Assembly: GCA_041661045.1 (NCBI GenBank)
Contig: JBAZVE010000001.1
Location: 780,001-812,000 of the forward strand
DNA from: Candidatus Saccharimonadota bacterium
GTDB lineage: Bacteria > Patescibacteriota > Gracilibacteria > UBA1369 > 2-02-FULL-48-14
Direction: 5' to 3'
DNA: 32,000 nucleotides
Part shown: positions 31,133 to 32,000 of the stretch, in pieces
How positions within the stretch are numbered: the first letter of the stretch is position 1
Layout: each line of letters opens with the position of its first letter
The notes under the pieces: generated by a model
Told to the model about the DNA's origin: nothing
The model's database searches: none
Seen by the model: the letters and a program-made list of their open reading frames with translations, nothing else
Translations under genes and position numbers: made by a program

Positions 31133-32000
31133 ATGAAGGATCGATTGCTTCTTTCTATTGATGGGATGCACTGCAGCAGTTGTGCGGCTTTGATCACTAG
31201 AAAACTAAAAAAAACGCCGGGCGTTGAGGAAGCCAATGTTAACTTTGCTTCGGCGCGCGCGAGGATTGAATTTGATTCTGATAAGGTGCAAGTGGAGGGG
31301 CTTTTATCGGCGGTTAAGGCCGCCGGTTACAAGGCTACTGTGGCGGATGAGAAGGATAGGGATGCCGAAAAAAAACGAGCGGAAAAGGAAATGAAAATGT
31401 ATAAAAAGAAATTTTTATTCGCCTTGGTCTTGAGTTTGCCCATGCTTTATTCCATGTTTGATCCGCGGGCTTCCGTGCTCTCCTTCTTTTTGGCCACACC
31501 CATTCAGTTTTGGCTTGGAGCCGGATTTTATCGGTCGGCTTGGTCCACTTTAAAGATGAAGTCCTTCAACATGGACAGTTTGATTGTGATTGGGACTTCG
31601 ACCGCTTATTTTTATAGTGTTTATCAGTTTTTATCGGGGGCAGAAGAACTTTATTTTGAAGTCGCGGCTTTGCTTATTACTTTTGTGCTTTTTGGTAAAT
31701 GGTTGGAATCCAAGGCCAAAGGTAAGACGGGAGAAGCCATACAAAAACTCATGGGGATGCAGGCCAAGACCGCGCGGGTTTTGCGTGAAGGAGTAGCCGT
31801 GGATATTCCTGTTGAAGAAGTGCTTGTGGGGGATATTGTTTTGGTTCGTCCCGGTGAAAAAATCCCTGTGGATGGAGTGATTGTTAAGGGCAGCTCTTCG
31901 GTGGATGAATCCATGCTCACGGGAGAAAGTATTCCTGTCGAAAAAAATCCGGAGTCCAAAGTTTTTGGAGCTACCATGAATGGTCACGGAAGTTTTGAAT
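31133..32000 (+). CDS. copA: copper-translocating P1B-type ATPase CopA, 5' part (runs off the window)
   Basis: ATG at 31133. Not in the ORF track because there is no stop before the window end. N-terminal HMA '[21 protein letters not shown]', TM helices, '[23 protein letters not shown]', and actuator motif '[11 protein letters not shown]'. Confidence 0.9.
   Translation, partial: MKDRLLLSIDGMHCSSCAALITRKLKKTPGVEEANVNFASARARIEFDSDKVQVEGLLSAVKAAGYKATVADEKDRDAEKKRAEKEMKMYKKKFLFALVLSLPMLYSMFDPRASVLSFFLATPIQFWLGAGFYRSAWSTLKMKSFNMDSLIVIGTSTAYFYSVYQFLSGAEELYFEVAALLITFVLFGKWLESKAKGKTGEAIQKLMGMQAKTARVLREGVAVDIPVEEVLVGDIVLVRPGEKIPVDGVIVKGSSSVDESMLTGESIPVEKNPESKVFGATMNGHGSFE

Noticed and set aside
1-32000. 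Alternative genetic code (UGA recoding as in some CPR lineages), CRISPR arrays, and tandem DNA repeats
   Set aside because: Conserved proteins end at family-typical lengths on TGA (e.g. ldh at 7263-7265 and the peptidase at 10892-10894). No in-frame TGA interrupts any recognised gene. By eye I saw no regularly spaced direct repeats. The only repetitive DNA is the short GTTGTTAAGAAA duplication in the Lys-rich gene and the MITE ends.

Overview
Gene-dense bacterial chromosomal segment with about 36 protein genes and 2 tRNAs. It uses the standard genetic code (TGA acts as a stop, e.g. at the end of ldh). I saw no rRNA, CRISPR array, integrase or transposase. Housekeeping genes: rlmN, ldh, trhO and two tRNA-Pro genes. 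Regulation: two ECF sigma / membrane anti-sigma-like pairs and a GGDEF diguanylate cyclase. Envelope functions: a Wzx-like flippase, two C39-like papain-fold peptidases, an 856-aa extremely acidic CARDB+SLH surface protein, a SanA/DUF218 protein and a LytM/M23-domain protein. Transport: ABC-3 metal importer permease and ATPase, YibE/F, an RND pump and an ABC-2 exporter. A copper module runs off the 3' edge: a secreted Met/His-rich peptide, an HMA/UreH-like/cupredoxin fusion, CopZ, and the 5' part of CopA. The clearest signal not explained by genes is a 243-bp MITE-like element at 28890-29132. It has perfect 13-bp terminal inverted repeats and an 8-bp target-site duplication, and it sits exactly on the stop codon of the ABC-2 permease, upstream of the copper module. 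Other points worth a second look: a tRNA-Pro(CGG) with A instead of G at position 37; a Bro-N gene frameshifted in an A7 run; a 51-codon Lys-rich gene missed by the ORF track; and an ECF sigma paired with a membrane protein carrying a possibly degenerate LytM domain. Shine-Dalgarno sequences are nearly absent, promoters often have a TGn-extended -10, and genes are tightly packed. This style is compatible with a small-genome uncultivated lineage (CPR/Patescibacteria-like), but that is inference only. All family assignments come from motif recognition by eye, not from database searches.
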